Counted from the first letter of the stretch, positions 17,247 to 31,264 are shown. The stretch: 64,000 bases of DNA from Eledone cirrhosa (GCA_964016885.1 OZ024743.1:195548001-195612000), one strand, 5' to 3'. Notes: a model not told the origin generated them from the letters alone. Numbers and translations are program-made.

Positions 17247-18229
17247 TCACACAAACACACACACAGAAACACACACACTCACACAGACACACACAAACAC
17301 ACACACATACACATATATACAAATATACACACACATATATATACGTATATATATATTAATATATATACATATATATATTAATATATATATATATACATGG
17401 GTGCATGTGCACTTGTACATACACACGTGTGTTTTCACGTGTGGTTTAATGCGCGTATGTGTATATATTTACGTACATATATGTGTTATTTTCTCTGTAG
17501 AATATGCATTTACATTTCTGTCACGGGTATCTTAAATTCAAGAGAAGTAAGTGGAAAGAATTGGACAAATTGGCAACCGCTATCTAAATGTAATCCTCTA
17601 ATTGTATTCAAGAAACAGATTTAGAAGCAACGTCGGAATAAAAGGATGTGGAGTGGTAAAAATAGTAAGTGAAACATGTTTCTCCGTTGAAAGGATGTAC
17701 AAAGATCAAAAGCCTTATTAGAAGTGTTTGTCAAAACCAATAAGTTTATATGCTAAACCACCATGACATATATCAAGAAATATATATTTCCCCACAAAAA
17801 TGACTGTTCAAAGAAACGTTGTTTATATAAACAGCAGCCGGTACTATGGAAAGGAATGTCAAAGCTTGGCATATATTTCTTTTGCTACATAGGTTAATGA
17901 CCAAATTAAATATGATAGCATCTAATCAACGTATATTTTCTGGATATCGATACGTAGCAATCAAGTAAAATAAGATCATTTATTGGTGTCTTGCTTGTGA
18001 ATTATTGTCCTGTTCAGTATCTTTCAAAACCTTCTTGCAATTGAGTCTAATATTTAAATATAGAGATACAGAACGATGAAAGTATAATCATACGGAACAT
18101 ATTTAATGACACTGGATTCAGCTGAAATTGAATAATTTCCTACTTTTGATCTTATATTTATGTATTTTGAGAAATAAATTTAATCTGTAGCGATTGAATA
18201 GAAACAGACATACTCTTATATATAACGGC

Positions 18230-18425
18230 GGAGTTCATACATCTTTTGCGTAGCACATAAATGTGGAAGTTGATGTTCGGCATAATCCCTCAAGTCTGCA
18301 ATGCACGGCCACTGGATGATACCATGCAGGATGGTTTTTCGCCATACGTGCATCTCGGACACGTCCATCTGTTAGTACTTCCGTACACGTGGAGCTTGTT
18401 TCGAGCACTTACCTGTAGTCATGCC
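18230..18425 (-). mobile_element. Tx1/L1-like ORF2 zinc-knuckle fragment
   Basis: Minus strand VSARNKLHVYGSTNRWTCPRCTYGE resembles the L1/Tx1 C-terminal CCHC region. Confidence 0.5.
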
Positions 18426-19529
18426 ATGACAAGAACTTTTTTTAATTTTTCTATAAGCCACGATGAGAAAATCATTGAGATGTACCTATTAACAATAACA
18501 ACCGTGTCGTGTATATTTCTGTTTCAAAGATCGAAACAATCAGCATCATTGTCACGGATATGTAAGCAATATTCTAAAGTGTTTAACATTGCAGTATTGG
18601 TCTCAGATTAAGTATTTTCAAAAGAAAAAAAAAGAAAATGTTTCATCTGAGATAAGTTGCTGAGGGAAAGCAATGCTACAACGTGAACCACTTTAGAATA
18701 TTGCTTACATATCAGAAGAAAATAAACGTTGTTTTAAGATATGGCGGTTAGTTGCGATATAACCGGGCACTTGCAGGACGAATAGGCAACCCCAGCGGTA
18801 AAGAAGAAGAAGAAGAAGAAGAAGAAGAAGAAGAAGAACCCTCGTACTAAATGATGCTCTGTGAGATTAAATGAGTAATAATAGACTAAGGCTCACCAGT
18901 GGAAATGAAAATTTGCATGAAATTCATTCACATCGAGCGGGAAGGTGTGTTCAAGATTTAATTTATTATCAGTAGTGTATATATGTGCATTACCTTGATA
19001 GATTAAATATATCTATCTGTGTAGAATAACAAGCCGTATGTCTAGTCCTTCTGTTATAGTTGTTAATTAGTCCAGGCCAGCTCTAAGTCAGCTCACCTCG
19101 TAGCAAAATGTATCCATCTAGACATTTGTCTTTGCAGACTTTGCTTATCTAGGATTAAGCACACCAATCTCCCACAAATAACACCGTTCCATTTTTGCAC
19201 ACGGTAAAGCCATATTTAGGTGAATTTGGTCTGTATTTCTACCCTGCTGAATGACCACTTTGTGATTCGCTAGCTAACCCGAGGGCAGAAATCGGAGAAA
19301 CTCTTTTAGCAAGTCTCATTTGATGGGTGTATTTTTTTTTATTCTCTATTTATAGAGTCAATAAAGTGAAACATCAAGGTTGACACGTGTAAGTGAAAGG
19401 TTAAAAAAGCGTGATGCAGAGTATTATTAGCATAATCATGTGTGTAACAGCAAACTGGTATTTCATGTAACATCGTTGTTTCAGTAATAGTAGATAAAGA
19501 ATGAAAAGAGATTAAGTTAGAAGTGGTTA

Positions 19530-20700
19530 CATTAAAGTTGGAATACCTTTGGGTGTATCTTCGCCCATGTGTTTGAATGGCAGTGAGATATATGAAGGCG
19601 GGTTTAGGTGAATATTGATATGTGTGTATGAGTTGGGCAATCTGAAGAAAAATTGACAGTAAATACGTGCTTTTATCTGCAGGATTGTTACGTCTATAAC
19701 TATCTTACTTAGGAGTGTCAAATAGAAGATTCTGAAAAGTTATTAAGGATTATAATAGCAAGAAACCAGAAACAAGAAAACAAGAAAACAGTTTGGTAAG
19801 TGAAATAAATTTCAGGTTCTGTAGTAGTGTGACGTTATGTCACTTTGTTCTAAGTGAAGGAGTTAATGTTATTCGCATGGGAGTACTACAGCTTAACATT
19901 GAGTGAAACACATAGACGTTTTGGAGTTGTGAGCTTTTATTTTTAGGATGTTAGTATGATATATACTGAGGAGAGTGATATGATTCAACAGTTAGAGGTT
20001 AAGGATATTTGCTATCAATAATAATTAACGCAGATGTGTGAATAGTAAATTATGTAGTCAACTCTAAATAGCTAATTATTTAGAGTAAAAACAAAAAAAA
20101 AACAACAGAAAGATGCAAGAGTAGTCTGCATTGGAGTCACTGAAGATAGTAATGTTAGAGAGAAGTGATGTATGATACATATCTTCAATCCGAATACGAG
20201 ATAACCGCACAACTGTTGACTGTTGGAGGATTTCAGTGAGCTGTAGAGGGAAATATATATATTTAGAGAAATGTGGACGAGAGATTGTAAGCCAAAATAA
20301 CTGGAAGGCTGTTGATACTATCAATGTAAGCTGTAGATTAAACGCAGACACAACAATTTGGAAACAAAATTGAAATATCCGCAGTAGCAGAAATGGATGG
20401 CAGAGTGAAGATGAGAGATTTTATCTCATGGCCTGAATCTTATTTGTAATAGCAACTAAATTTAGTTTGAAGATTCAACTTTCTGATCGATGTATTACAA
20501 CAAAAGAATGGTGTTGTGCATCGTTATATGGTAGATGGAAGGAGTTAGGCGAATTTTAGAAACTTGAAGACAAACATATTATTCCCTGTCATCACAAGAA
20601 TAGAAGGGCTGTCATGCCATCGTTGACCATATATACGATATTATTGTACGTGGAAAATAGAAAAGGAAGAAAAAGAAAAAGTAGAGTGTGATACAGTTAG
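19530..20700 (-). pseudogene. Highly decayed Penelope-like RT
   Basis: Ordered motif remnants on the minus strand: IEDMYHTS (DVxSLYT), TPMRITLTP (GTPMG..AP), NPADKSTYLL/SDCPTHT (KPTD..YL...S.HP.H). Confidence 0.5.
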
Positions 20701-21172
20701 TTTACTAAGATAATTGTTTTACAGAATAAGTCAGAGGAGACGGTGCAGCACCTATGAGCATTGTCATCACATTCGTGAGTGGTGGCGAGAAAGTGAGAAG
20801 TTATGCTGAGATCGAATACTTGGCTAAAGTACTGATAACAGTACGGTCTCCACTAGCGATACTCATGGGTTAGGTGCTGGTTTTGAAACATTATCCACGA
20901 ATACGGCAGAATATAAGAAAAAATACTTATTTTGGTATGAGAATATGGCGGAGGATACAACATGGCGCCTCGCGCGATTGAACCTGGAAATACATACTTG
21001 CTATGCTAAGTTCTTAATCCAATAGCCATGTTACTCCCTTGATACAATTAAATAACATTTTAACACGAGCTATGAATGTTTTTGAAGTTTTGAAGTATAT
21101 ATATATTTTCATAGAAAAAGCATATAACGATATGTGCTTTTACAATTCTCCAGATAAGCCGGAAGATGGGTA

Positions 21173-21217
21173 AATATTGCTGATGAGATGTAATAACATC
21201 GAAACTAGTCCAATATT
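21173..21217 (+). ncRNA. Minimal type I hammerhead ribozyme, copy 1
   Basis: AAUAUUG-CUGAUGA-GAUGU(AAUA)ACAUC-GAAA-CUAG-UC-CAAUAUU: perfect core, 7-bp stem I, 5-bp stem II, palindromic stem III. Predicted cleavage after GUC at 21210. Confidence 0.93.
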
Positions 21218-21644
21218 CCTGTCTGGCTCTCTGGAGAGAATAGAGGAAGTGTGTTTCCTTGAAAACTCGTATGACTTTAAAACCCGGTTCGTCTGTTTGT
21301 TTACATACAGACTAGCTGGACACTCACTGTAAAGTGTCTAGTGAAAAACTCGGTACATGTACATATGTATACATGTGTGTATTTATATGCATACTAGTAC
21401 TTCCGTATACATATGTAGATGTACACTTTAACTTAATTGTTTAAGCGTCAGTCATACAAAAGTGAGTTAGAAGCGAAACGAAATTTAATTTCGTTTCGTT
21501 ATTTGTTTTTATCGTTTCCGCTGAACCGGTGCGTACAATGACTCACGTTCTATGCAAATTAGTCTGCCCACTACTGATTTTCATAGAAAAAGCATATAAC
21601 GATATGTGCTTTTACAATTCTCCAGAGAAGCCGGAAGATGGGTA

Positions 21645-21689
21645 AATATTGCTGATGAGATGTAATAACATCGAAACTAGTCCAATATT
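21645..21689 (+). ncRNA. Minimal type I hammerhead ribozyme, copy 2
   Basis: Identical to copy 1. Predicted cleavage after 21682. Confidence 0.93.
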
Positions 21690-24065
21690 CCTGTCTGGCT
21701 CTCTGGAGAATAGAGGAAGTGTGTTTCCTTGAAAACTCGTATGACTTTAAAACCCGGTTCGTCTGTTTGTTTACATACAGACTAGCTAGACACTCACTGT
21801 AAAGTGTCTAGTGAAAAACTCGGTACATGTACATATGTATACATGTGTGTATTTATATGCATACTAGTACTTCCGTATACATATGTAGATGTACACTTTA
21901 ACTTAATTGTTTAAGCGTCAGTCATACAAAAGTGAGTTAGAAGCGAAACGAAATTTAATTTCGTTTCGTTATTTGTTGAAATATATATAAGTTTGACTCT
22001 ACTAACCCTGGTGGTAGAAATTTGACGAGAAACAGGATATTCTTTATACCCATAAAAGAGAGTTACTTTTGAGTGCTGTTATAAAATTAGAAATTAGTTT
22101 TCTATTTGAAACTTTGTCTGAAAATTATTTATCTTCATATGAACACAAGGGGTTTAGAACCAAACTTTCCTCTCATATAGTATATGTCAAATAGACTAGT
22201 TGTCAAATAGCGATAATTATTACAGAAATCTATTGCGTTATTTTAGTACTATGATAATAATTTCAGTGAATGATACAGTATTTCTCAAATCGAAATATAA
22301 CAGTCTGAACAGTTATGAAGAAAAACAACAAACAGATAAAATAAAGAAAAGGAAAGAAAATTAATTTTAGTGAGAAAACGTGGACACCTAGTTTCGTTTA
22401 CTTCATTTTTGAAGACAAATTCTGCCAGAAATAACAATTTTATTCTGCATATGAATCTCTGGTTTCGTACATAACTTTAGGTGTCTCAATGTTTTGAAAG
22501 ATGAGAAAGATTTTATGTTTAAACTTAACCAGTATTGGCTTCTAATATTGATTCTCTCACTGATGTCTCCATGTCCCCAAACGCCGACTTCTTTATAACT
22601 GCTCCTTTTGTCTGCAGGCATATAAAATAGATAAATCAGTAAGATTTCTTTACATTACTTGGTTTATTTTAGAATTCATTCTCAATGTATTTTAGTGTGA
22701 AAAGATCATTAATCCTAAATTTCTCGTAGCTAAACATACCTGCAGCTTACAAACCTCTTAAGATGCACTTCCAACAGCGATACGATCCACATAATCTTTT
22801 TCTACTATCCTATCTAGTATTATTCCTTGGCTCCTTGCAGAAAATGAATTTATTTGCAAAATTTCAAGTGCAAACGAGGCTAAATGTACGATTATTTCAT
22901 TTGAGGTTAGATGTGTAGAAACATTAGTGTTTTTTTCTTTCTATATATGAGTATATCTGTGTAGATCAATAGATATAGAATTTGGTTCTAAATGTCAATT
23001 CTTATATACGAAACATGAATCATCATGTTAAAGCCTTTCCGCAGCATACATTGTAAAATATTACTTGGAAGTAATGCATGTCACCGAATATGTTTATGTT
23101 TTTTGTTTTGTGATTTTCACTCATGAATTTTGTCAACACAACCTATGATTGAAATGGACATTTGAGTATTTATAAAGACGAATGCTCTCAGAAAATATTT
23201 TAGTAGTTTTTTGTAGAAATTGTTGCGCTCTTAAAGGAAAATGATATCACTTCTAAAGAATAATCTGTTAATTGTATATTTAGAATCAGCACCTTATTCG
23301 GTCCTTCTCACATGATGATAACAAGCAAACAGACGTTTCTAAGAATTTCTTTTAAGATTGATTCATATATTAGTTTCTATAGCAACAGAGTAAACTTAAA
23401 ACCTCCCCTTAAACAAAAATGTAAACAGCATTAGCAATTTTTGTATTCATATTAGAAAGGATTAAGAAATGTTTGTGCCAGCCATTATCGAAAGAAGACT
23501 AGCTTAAATGAGGTGGCAACTCTTTATTTCCTTTCAAGTAAGATGGAGAAAGATTTCAAATTATAAATTAAAACGTTAACAGAAATGTATACTTCTTTAA
23601 AGAGAGGTGTTAAAACAAAACATGTTTAATTAGAGATTACTCCGCCTTTTAAATCCAAAACGTGTGTGTATGTACATGCGCTGTCTTAACGTTTAATTTA
23701 TCAATTCTTCAACGCAGATATGTATCTAGATAAGCATAGATCAATAAAATAATAACGGGTTGACATAATCGATTTAGACATTAGAACTGCTCCTGGACTA
23801 TTGAAATGATAGAGTAAAAGTATAAGCAAGGCTAGAAACTACTACATTATTCTCAAGTGTTTAGAACGCGAACAGCATTCTTAAAATCTCATTTGGTACT
23901 CACTTACATACACACACACACATATAGACATACTCAAATACACACACACGCATACCCACACGTAGACACACACTCACACGTGCACAGAAATATGTATACA
24001 TATGTATACCACACATGTATACATATTGATTTGACTGTCTCCAAAATTGCATTAAGCTCGGAAGC

Positions 24066-24127
<62 letters not shown>

Positions 24128-24291
24128 TTTTGAGTATATGTTGGTTGTATACCAACACCTCAGTATGCAGTAATAAACGAAGCTAAATTTTAAACATTTG
24201 AATGTTTATTTAACTTTATTTTATATATATATAGGTGTGTGTGTGTGTGTGTGTACACACATATATATATATATAGGTGTGTGTGTACACC

Positions 24292-24339
<48 letters not shown>

Positions 24340-25161
24340 ATGTGTGTGTGTGTGTGTGCGTGTATGTGTGTATGTGTGTGTGCGTGTGTGTGTTGGTGGC
24401 ATATTAAGGAAACATAAATATAAGTTACACTGTAGTAAGTATATGACTCAGACATTTCATTCTGATACGTAACGGTTGCTTCAATTGCCGCATTTTTACT
24501 TTTTGTCTTGATACGATAAGTGAAATGCAGTTAAGAGAAATAGAGAAAATAAATGCTAATATGGTTGTGTAGCGAAGAAGAATAGGAAAATGGTGTAATA
24601 GTGAAAATTCGGGAAAAAAAAATATTATACTCAAAACACATTAGCGACGTAAAAATAGATATCAAATATGAAATATATTAAAATAAAAATGACATAGACA
24701 CATGAAGTAGCGAAATATAAAACTAATTTTGTGAAACGAATCATTATTTAGAAAGTGATGCTGCAATGCAAAATCAAAAAATTATTATGTCATGAAGTTA
24801 AAAGAACTCGAAAATGAAACTTAGCGTCTGCAACGCATGTCTTTTCCCCTTTTGATCGGGAAAATTGTTCATTAGTGTCCATTTTCACTTTGAAGTCCTC
24901 AGAAATGAATGGGGTATAAAAACGAAATGGGACAAATATTCCGTCTCGACTATTGTTAAATCATGAAACAGCTGTCTGTGATGAAATCTTTTTGTATGAA
25001 GAAGAAATAAAACCCAAGCAGTAAACAAACACTTCACAGCTATTATTTGTTTTGCTGCTTCTCTTGTATATTTTTATTATTGATTATTCACACATATACA
25101 GACACTGACACGTATATATATAAATATATATATATGTGTGTGTGTTTGTGTGTGTGTATAT

Positions 25162-25474
<313 letters not shown>

Positions 25475-27644
25475 TAAGTATGTTTTGAAACAGCGAGCGA
25501 GTTAGTTTGAAATTAGAAATAGAAGCTTTCGCCATATTTTTGACTAAATAAATTTTAGCATAATAGTGGGGTTTAGAATCCTCTAAGAAATGGGAAAAGA
25601 TGACTGTTGGCGTACATGTATATTCACACAGGTGTATGTACATACATATATATACCTATGTATATTCACACACACTCATATATAGATATATACATATATA
25701 TATGTTTGTGTATGTGTGAGTGTTGTCTAATTTGAAAGCAGACAATTTTGAATGTAGATATTCATCTTAAAACAACATTCCATACTCGTAATGTAACGTA
25801 GCCAAGAACTCTATTATAAATGTATGGAGAAATATTTCCATTCTTTATATGTTGCTAATAACGATGGTTCATAATTTCTAATGCTATCGTTGGAATAAGT
25901 TACTTCTTTCCCTCTAGTTATCCATGTTTCAGCATGTCTATGATAAAATATGTTACAAGTGTAAATAAATATATCTTTTCAGGGGTATGCAGAACTACAA
26001 TATATAATCTGCCCTCTCGTTTTCATGATGATAGAGCTTGTTTTAAGAAGGACTCTGCTCAATTTTCTGTTAGATAAAAAGCCACATTTTATTTGTTTCG
26101 ACATTTGGCAAACGAGACTGGTTATGTAAAGTTTAGTTTAAACTAGACAAAGCTGATATAATTGACTGAGTCGATTTCATTATTTACTTATGTGTTCAAT
26201 GTAGTTGATAGGTTTTGAACACAGACTAAAAACATTTAATGCCGTTTTTTGCTGTTACGTTATACAGCATTGATATTTATATCAACATTCAGTGATTGCT
26301 AAAATACTAATGTGTGTTAGTTGGAAAGATAATATAAACTACGAACATATTTTTGTATTGGAATAGAAATGTATTTTTCACTGATAATACCTAGAATTCT
26401 ATGAATCAGTTATCTGCAGGCAATAATTTTCCTGTCCAACGCCGCGTTTTTTATACAACTGTCTTAAAGTAATAATTAACACTGTATTGCATGTCTAAGG
26501 AACTATTTGTATTTATAGTTATTTATGGACCGCACGTCAATCTTCCCCTTCACGATCTTCCCATTTACAGTACACAAGCAAATATAACGAGTGTTGGAAC
26601 ACTGTTTCATGGGGACTTGATAGTAAGTTTTTCTTATTTTTCTCCAGATTAGGTTCTTCGATAGAATCTTCATCCAGGAACATCCTAGATAAAGGATGAT
26701 AGCTTAAGTTAATGGAATGCCAAAGAGATACCAATATTGATTGGTAAATGGACCTTACTTGCTAGGATAAAAGCAATTACAAAAACGTGGTATTGTCTCT
26801 TATATTTTTTCTAGAAATTTGATTATTGACATTTTAGGACGTTGCATTATATTAGCCTACCAATAATATAAAGAGTATATTTACTATACATTTTAAGTAT
26901 ATTTGTTGTTAGAAAGCGGTCTTTACGATTTGGCTCAAAATGAAATGTGTTTGTTGGTTTATAAGCGGGTTTCATTTTTCAAAACTCTTTTGAGATATAA
27001 GCGCATTAAACTATAATTGATTTCGAATAATATTTCAGGTTGCTTGGACCTTTAATGAGATGAAAACTTCTGGAAAAACAGATAGAAATTAAATTGATCA
27101 CAACGCATAAAAATACTTTGAAATAAAATAAAATAAAATAAAAACAGTTGAAGGAAAAAAATCAGTGATTTATTGCCTTCACATAAGGTAGCGATTCGAA
27201 ATAAAACAGAAAAGAATGATGGGATAATGGCTTTAAAAAAATAGAAAAATATTGTTTGTAAGTCAGAGCACTTTGCAGATAATTCTCTGAAGTAGCATCA
27301 GAACATGAAATCACGTACATTTATTGAAAAAGTTAATTCCTTACGGGATCGGTAATGGATACATTGTGGGTTTTAACCTGAACTGCAATTGTTGGTGGAT
27401 AGTGGAAATGATGCAAGCGTGAGAAGCAATAGATTTATTAATTATCGACCAAATGATCCATAAAGAAATTCTGAAAGCGACAAATGGTGTGCCTCTATTA
27501 AGGAGGAAAAGAAAGAAAGATATCATTCAATAATTTCTTTGTTGATGATAGAATATTTGTAAAAGTCTGCATTGACGTGGTTTGAAATGTCAATAAAAAG
27601 CATGTTTTCTTATTTGTTGTCTGTACCAGATTCTGTAAATATTA

Positions 27645-27684
<40 letters not shown>

Positions 27685-27689
<5 letters not shown>

Positions 27690-27876
27690 AAAAAGTATGA
27701 CCCCGACGGCAGAGCTCAAGCCGTTTCGAAGGCTATTTCTGGACAGAAATAGCCGTCAAAACGGCTTGAGCTCTGCCGTAGGGGTCATACTTTTTCCTAT
27801 TTCACACTCTATTACCCTAAGTATTGAGTACTCTGGTGCGTTATGGTCCATTTGGTTCCTTACCACAGTTCCTTTG

Positions 27877-27878
<2 letters not shown>
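27685..27878 (+). repeat. Short palindromic element between (TA)n tracts (PLE pLTR-like)
   Basis: 57-bp arms (27685-27741 / 27744-27800, 3 mismatches) plus a tail. Partial copies lie at 61011-61070 and 6358-6421. Confidence 0.8.
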
Positions 27879-27912
<34 letters not shown>

Positions 27913-27937
27913 CGAGAGAGAGAGAGAGAGAGACACT

Positions 27938-28053
<116 letters not shown>

Positions 28054-28882
28054 GCATATGTGCGTGCATGTGTGTGAGTAATGAAAGCATTAAGAGGAAT
28101 ACATGCTTATAATTAAATGCCTTATGTTAACACATAAATTTCTATATATGATCGATATTCTACAGTAAGTAACGGTTATGCAATTTTCTCGTTAATGTGA
28201 TTATAATGTGAGGCAGTTGTCATGAAATGTATTAGCATGGAGACATGCTATACATTCCTTAACCATAAAACTTTACCGGAGAAAGTTGTGTATGGTCACT
28301 AGCCCTGCTAAAAATTACAGCCAAATATTCTTGAAATAATACCATGCGGTCTTCAAAAGTGTTAACATATATGATAATCTAATATTGGATATAATATACC
28401 AGATAATATCTAGGATGGTTGTGAGTAAAATACTGTTCGAACCATAAAGTTTCATTACGTAGAGAGATTTCTCTCAGCATATCCAAATGCCAACGAAGAA
28501 TGAGAAGAACTAAAATTTTGTATGTAGTGGGCGTTACAAATTTTACAATAACTGCTTTACAGAGTCTTCAAAATACGTACAATAAACAGCAACATTAAAA
28601 TATTACGGGGAAAGGGTAATTCTACCAGATTAAAACTGACAGCAGCACATTTAAGAAGATGGAAGAACTGCTGTCAAAAAGTCAATGACAGTCAAACTTC
28701 CTGGCCATTTGACAAGCTACAAACAGGTGATAAACTATCTGAAATTACACTATATCGTCCTTAAATAGCAGGTAAATATACAGTAAATGATGTAGTGAAG
28801 TATACTTCTATATGAACGAGATTTTCGCGACTGGAAGAATTTTGATTATACTTTCACATAGATAAAAGGCTAAATAATAATA

Positions 28883-29460
28883 TGATTTCTAGTACAGGCA
28901 CAAAGTCAGTAATTTTCTTTTTTGGGGGGAAGAGTCGATTAAATTAACCCAGTACGTTACTGGTGCTATATTGTATCGACCCCCGTAAGGATGAAAGGTA
29001 AAGGTACCCTCGGTGGGATTTGAACTCAGAAAGTAAAGGGCCGTAGCTCTATGCTGCAAAGCATGGTGTCCGACTCTCTACCGATACTGCCAATCCACAT
29101 AATAAGTGTTTCTACTTTAGGCACAAGGCCAGCAATTACACAGTACATTACTGGTACTTTATTTTATCGACCCCGAAAGGATGAAAGGCAAAGTTAACCT
29201 CGGTGGGATTTGAACTCAGACTGTATTGAACCAATCAACATAATAATGGCGTCTAATTTAGACACCAGTCCGACAATTTCAAGGTGTGGAAAGTAGATTA
29301 AATCGAGCTCAGTGTATGACTAGTACTTTATTTTATCGACCCCGTAAGGATGAAAGGCAAAGCTAACCTCGGCGGGATTCGAACTCAAAACATAAAGGAC
29401 CGTAACTCTATACCACAAAACGGGGGTATCCGATGCTCTACCGATACTGACAATCCACCA
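28883..29460 (-). mobile_element. Three head-to-tail octopus-type tRNA-derived SINEs
   Basis: Minus-strand unit gtggattggcagtatcggtagag (A box)..gagttcaaatccc (B box)..ttgcctttcatccttacggggtcgataaaataaagtaccag (Deu/Nin-like central domain). Confidence 0.85.
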
Positions 29461-29749
29461 TAATTACTGAAATAACTTCTATTTACTGACGTAATTATGG
29501 GATACGCATTTTATTTAATTTAAAATGTATGGTTATTGTATTTTATTTCATTTCTTAACGTGGGATTTGTTTCTTTTTGTTGGAAACAATTATTTGGTCC
29601 TACCTCAAAGACGGAATACCATTCAATTAAATATTTATTATTTATATTCTAGAATAATTCAAAGGATAGTCCTCATCCATGTACAGTAGTAATTCTTAGA
29701 ATATCTTCAACATCATATCAATACTGCCAACTTTGGCTTATGAATAAAC

Positions 29750-29955
29750 AAGGGAGTCTCTAAAGACCGTTCTACATAATAGAAATAGCAATTAAATCTC
29801 CAATATATTACATGCTATCACCTTGCTAAATGAAAGGATATATTGTAAAATGCAGTAGTAGCTGCACTAGGCTTGAAGTCAAAAACATGATGGACACAAG
29901 GACATGTCATTTATCAGAGGTCTGCTCAATCAGTGTTAACCTGAGGCTAAACAAT
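29750..29955 (-). repeat. Old dispersed repeat (SINE-like 3' region)
   Basis: Diverged similarity to 19058-19260 (+), 28290-28450 and 28700-28850. Confidence 0.45.
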
Positions 29956-30399
29956 TACAGTCACAGATGCCAATATCGTACGCAATTTTTCAAATAGAAA
30001 TGTTCAAAAACTTAATATGCCTCAGAGATTAAACTGGTTATGTGGACAATGTATATAACTGGGAAAATGGATCTCTAGGTTGGGAAAGAACATTTGGAAG
30101 TCTTCCATTTCATTTAAAAGCAGTTTACAACTGTTTGCTCGATTGATTGGCTTTATAAAGCTTCTACACTTCTTAAATACTAATTTGTATTAAACTGAAA
30201 CGGAAATGCTTATTTCCATCAGTAATTACCTCGATGGTTTAGCTCCCACGGTTTAGCTAAAAGTAATTTGTTAGCGTACTCACAAAATTCTGAAACATTC
30301 TCATCCCATCCCTCCTACATTAAAAGAATAAAAAATACTTACTAGTTAAATAACACAAAAACAAGCAAACACACACAGACAGAGACACAGACACACATA

Positions 30400-30479
<80 letters not shown>

Positions 30480-30534
30480 GTGTGTGTGTGTGTATATATA
30501 TGTATATATATGTATATACATATATATATATGCA

Positions 30535-31122
30535 TAGGAATAAAGTGGTCCTTCATCAGTGATCTTCCAACCATCATCGGTATTTCTTCGCTTTAAAGAC
30601 CATATACCTCCGGTTGGTGCGAGCAACGGCTAAAGAAAGTCGCTGGAACATGTAAATAAAGGGAACAGCGAGAGTGTAAACAAACAAAGATGGCGAAGCA
30701 ACGAAGAGTAAGGAAGAACGAGTCAAGTCCCAAATTTCCATGAATATAAGTTCGGTGAAATCGTGAACGAGAGAGAATAAAGACCATCAAACCTGGTTGA
30801 AATGTGAGCAAGGAAGGAATTTCGCACAGGTCTAACGGGAGGAAGAAGGGGTCTAGTCCGTGAATTCGGTAAACATAAGTTCAGTGAAATCGTAGACGAG
30901 AGAGAGAAAAAATGCCGACCGGCCTGACCAAGGGTGCGAAAGAAAAGAATTACACACAGGTCAAACGGGAAGAAGGAGGAGGAGGAGAGGTAGTAACAGA
31001 GAGTGAGTGAGTGAAGGGTGAGGAAGAGGCTAACAGAGAGAGTGACTGTTAGAGAGGGTAAAGATACAGAGAAAGAGGAAGCAGTAAGAACGAAATAGAC
31101 GGGTCACAGCGGGGGGAGAAAA
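30535..31122 (-). mobile_element. Non-coding element between (TA)n tracts, probably a PLE 3' UTR ending in an HHR 5' half
   Basis: Internal about 130-bp duplication (30747-30850 / 30876-30975). The minus strand ends gatgatggttggaagatcaCTGATGAaggacc, a motif shared with 33538-33570 (+) and 62612-62646 (-). Confidence 0.5.
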
Positions 31123-31143
31123 ATATATATATATATGTGTATA

Positions 31144-31240
<97 letters not shown>

Positions 31241-31264
31241 ATATATATATGTATATATATATGC

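Larger units (their letters stand above)
21105..21977 (+). mobile_element. Tandem 472-bp non-coding repeat (1.85 units) with one hammerhead per unit; retrozyme-like or solo PLE pLTR dimer
   Basis: 21105-21507 is nearly identical to 21577-21977. There is no ORF, and short TA runs flank both sides. Confidence 0.85.

Noticed and set aside
22530-22611. Possible minus-strand exon TKGAVIKKSAFGDMETSVRESILEANT
   Set aside because: Only generic splice-like sites, with no recognisable homology or partner exons.
24965-24980. gaaacagctgtc, an HHR-like 3' half
   Set aside because: No CUGANGA or stem I/II partner upstream, so at best a remnant.
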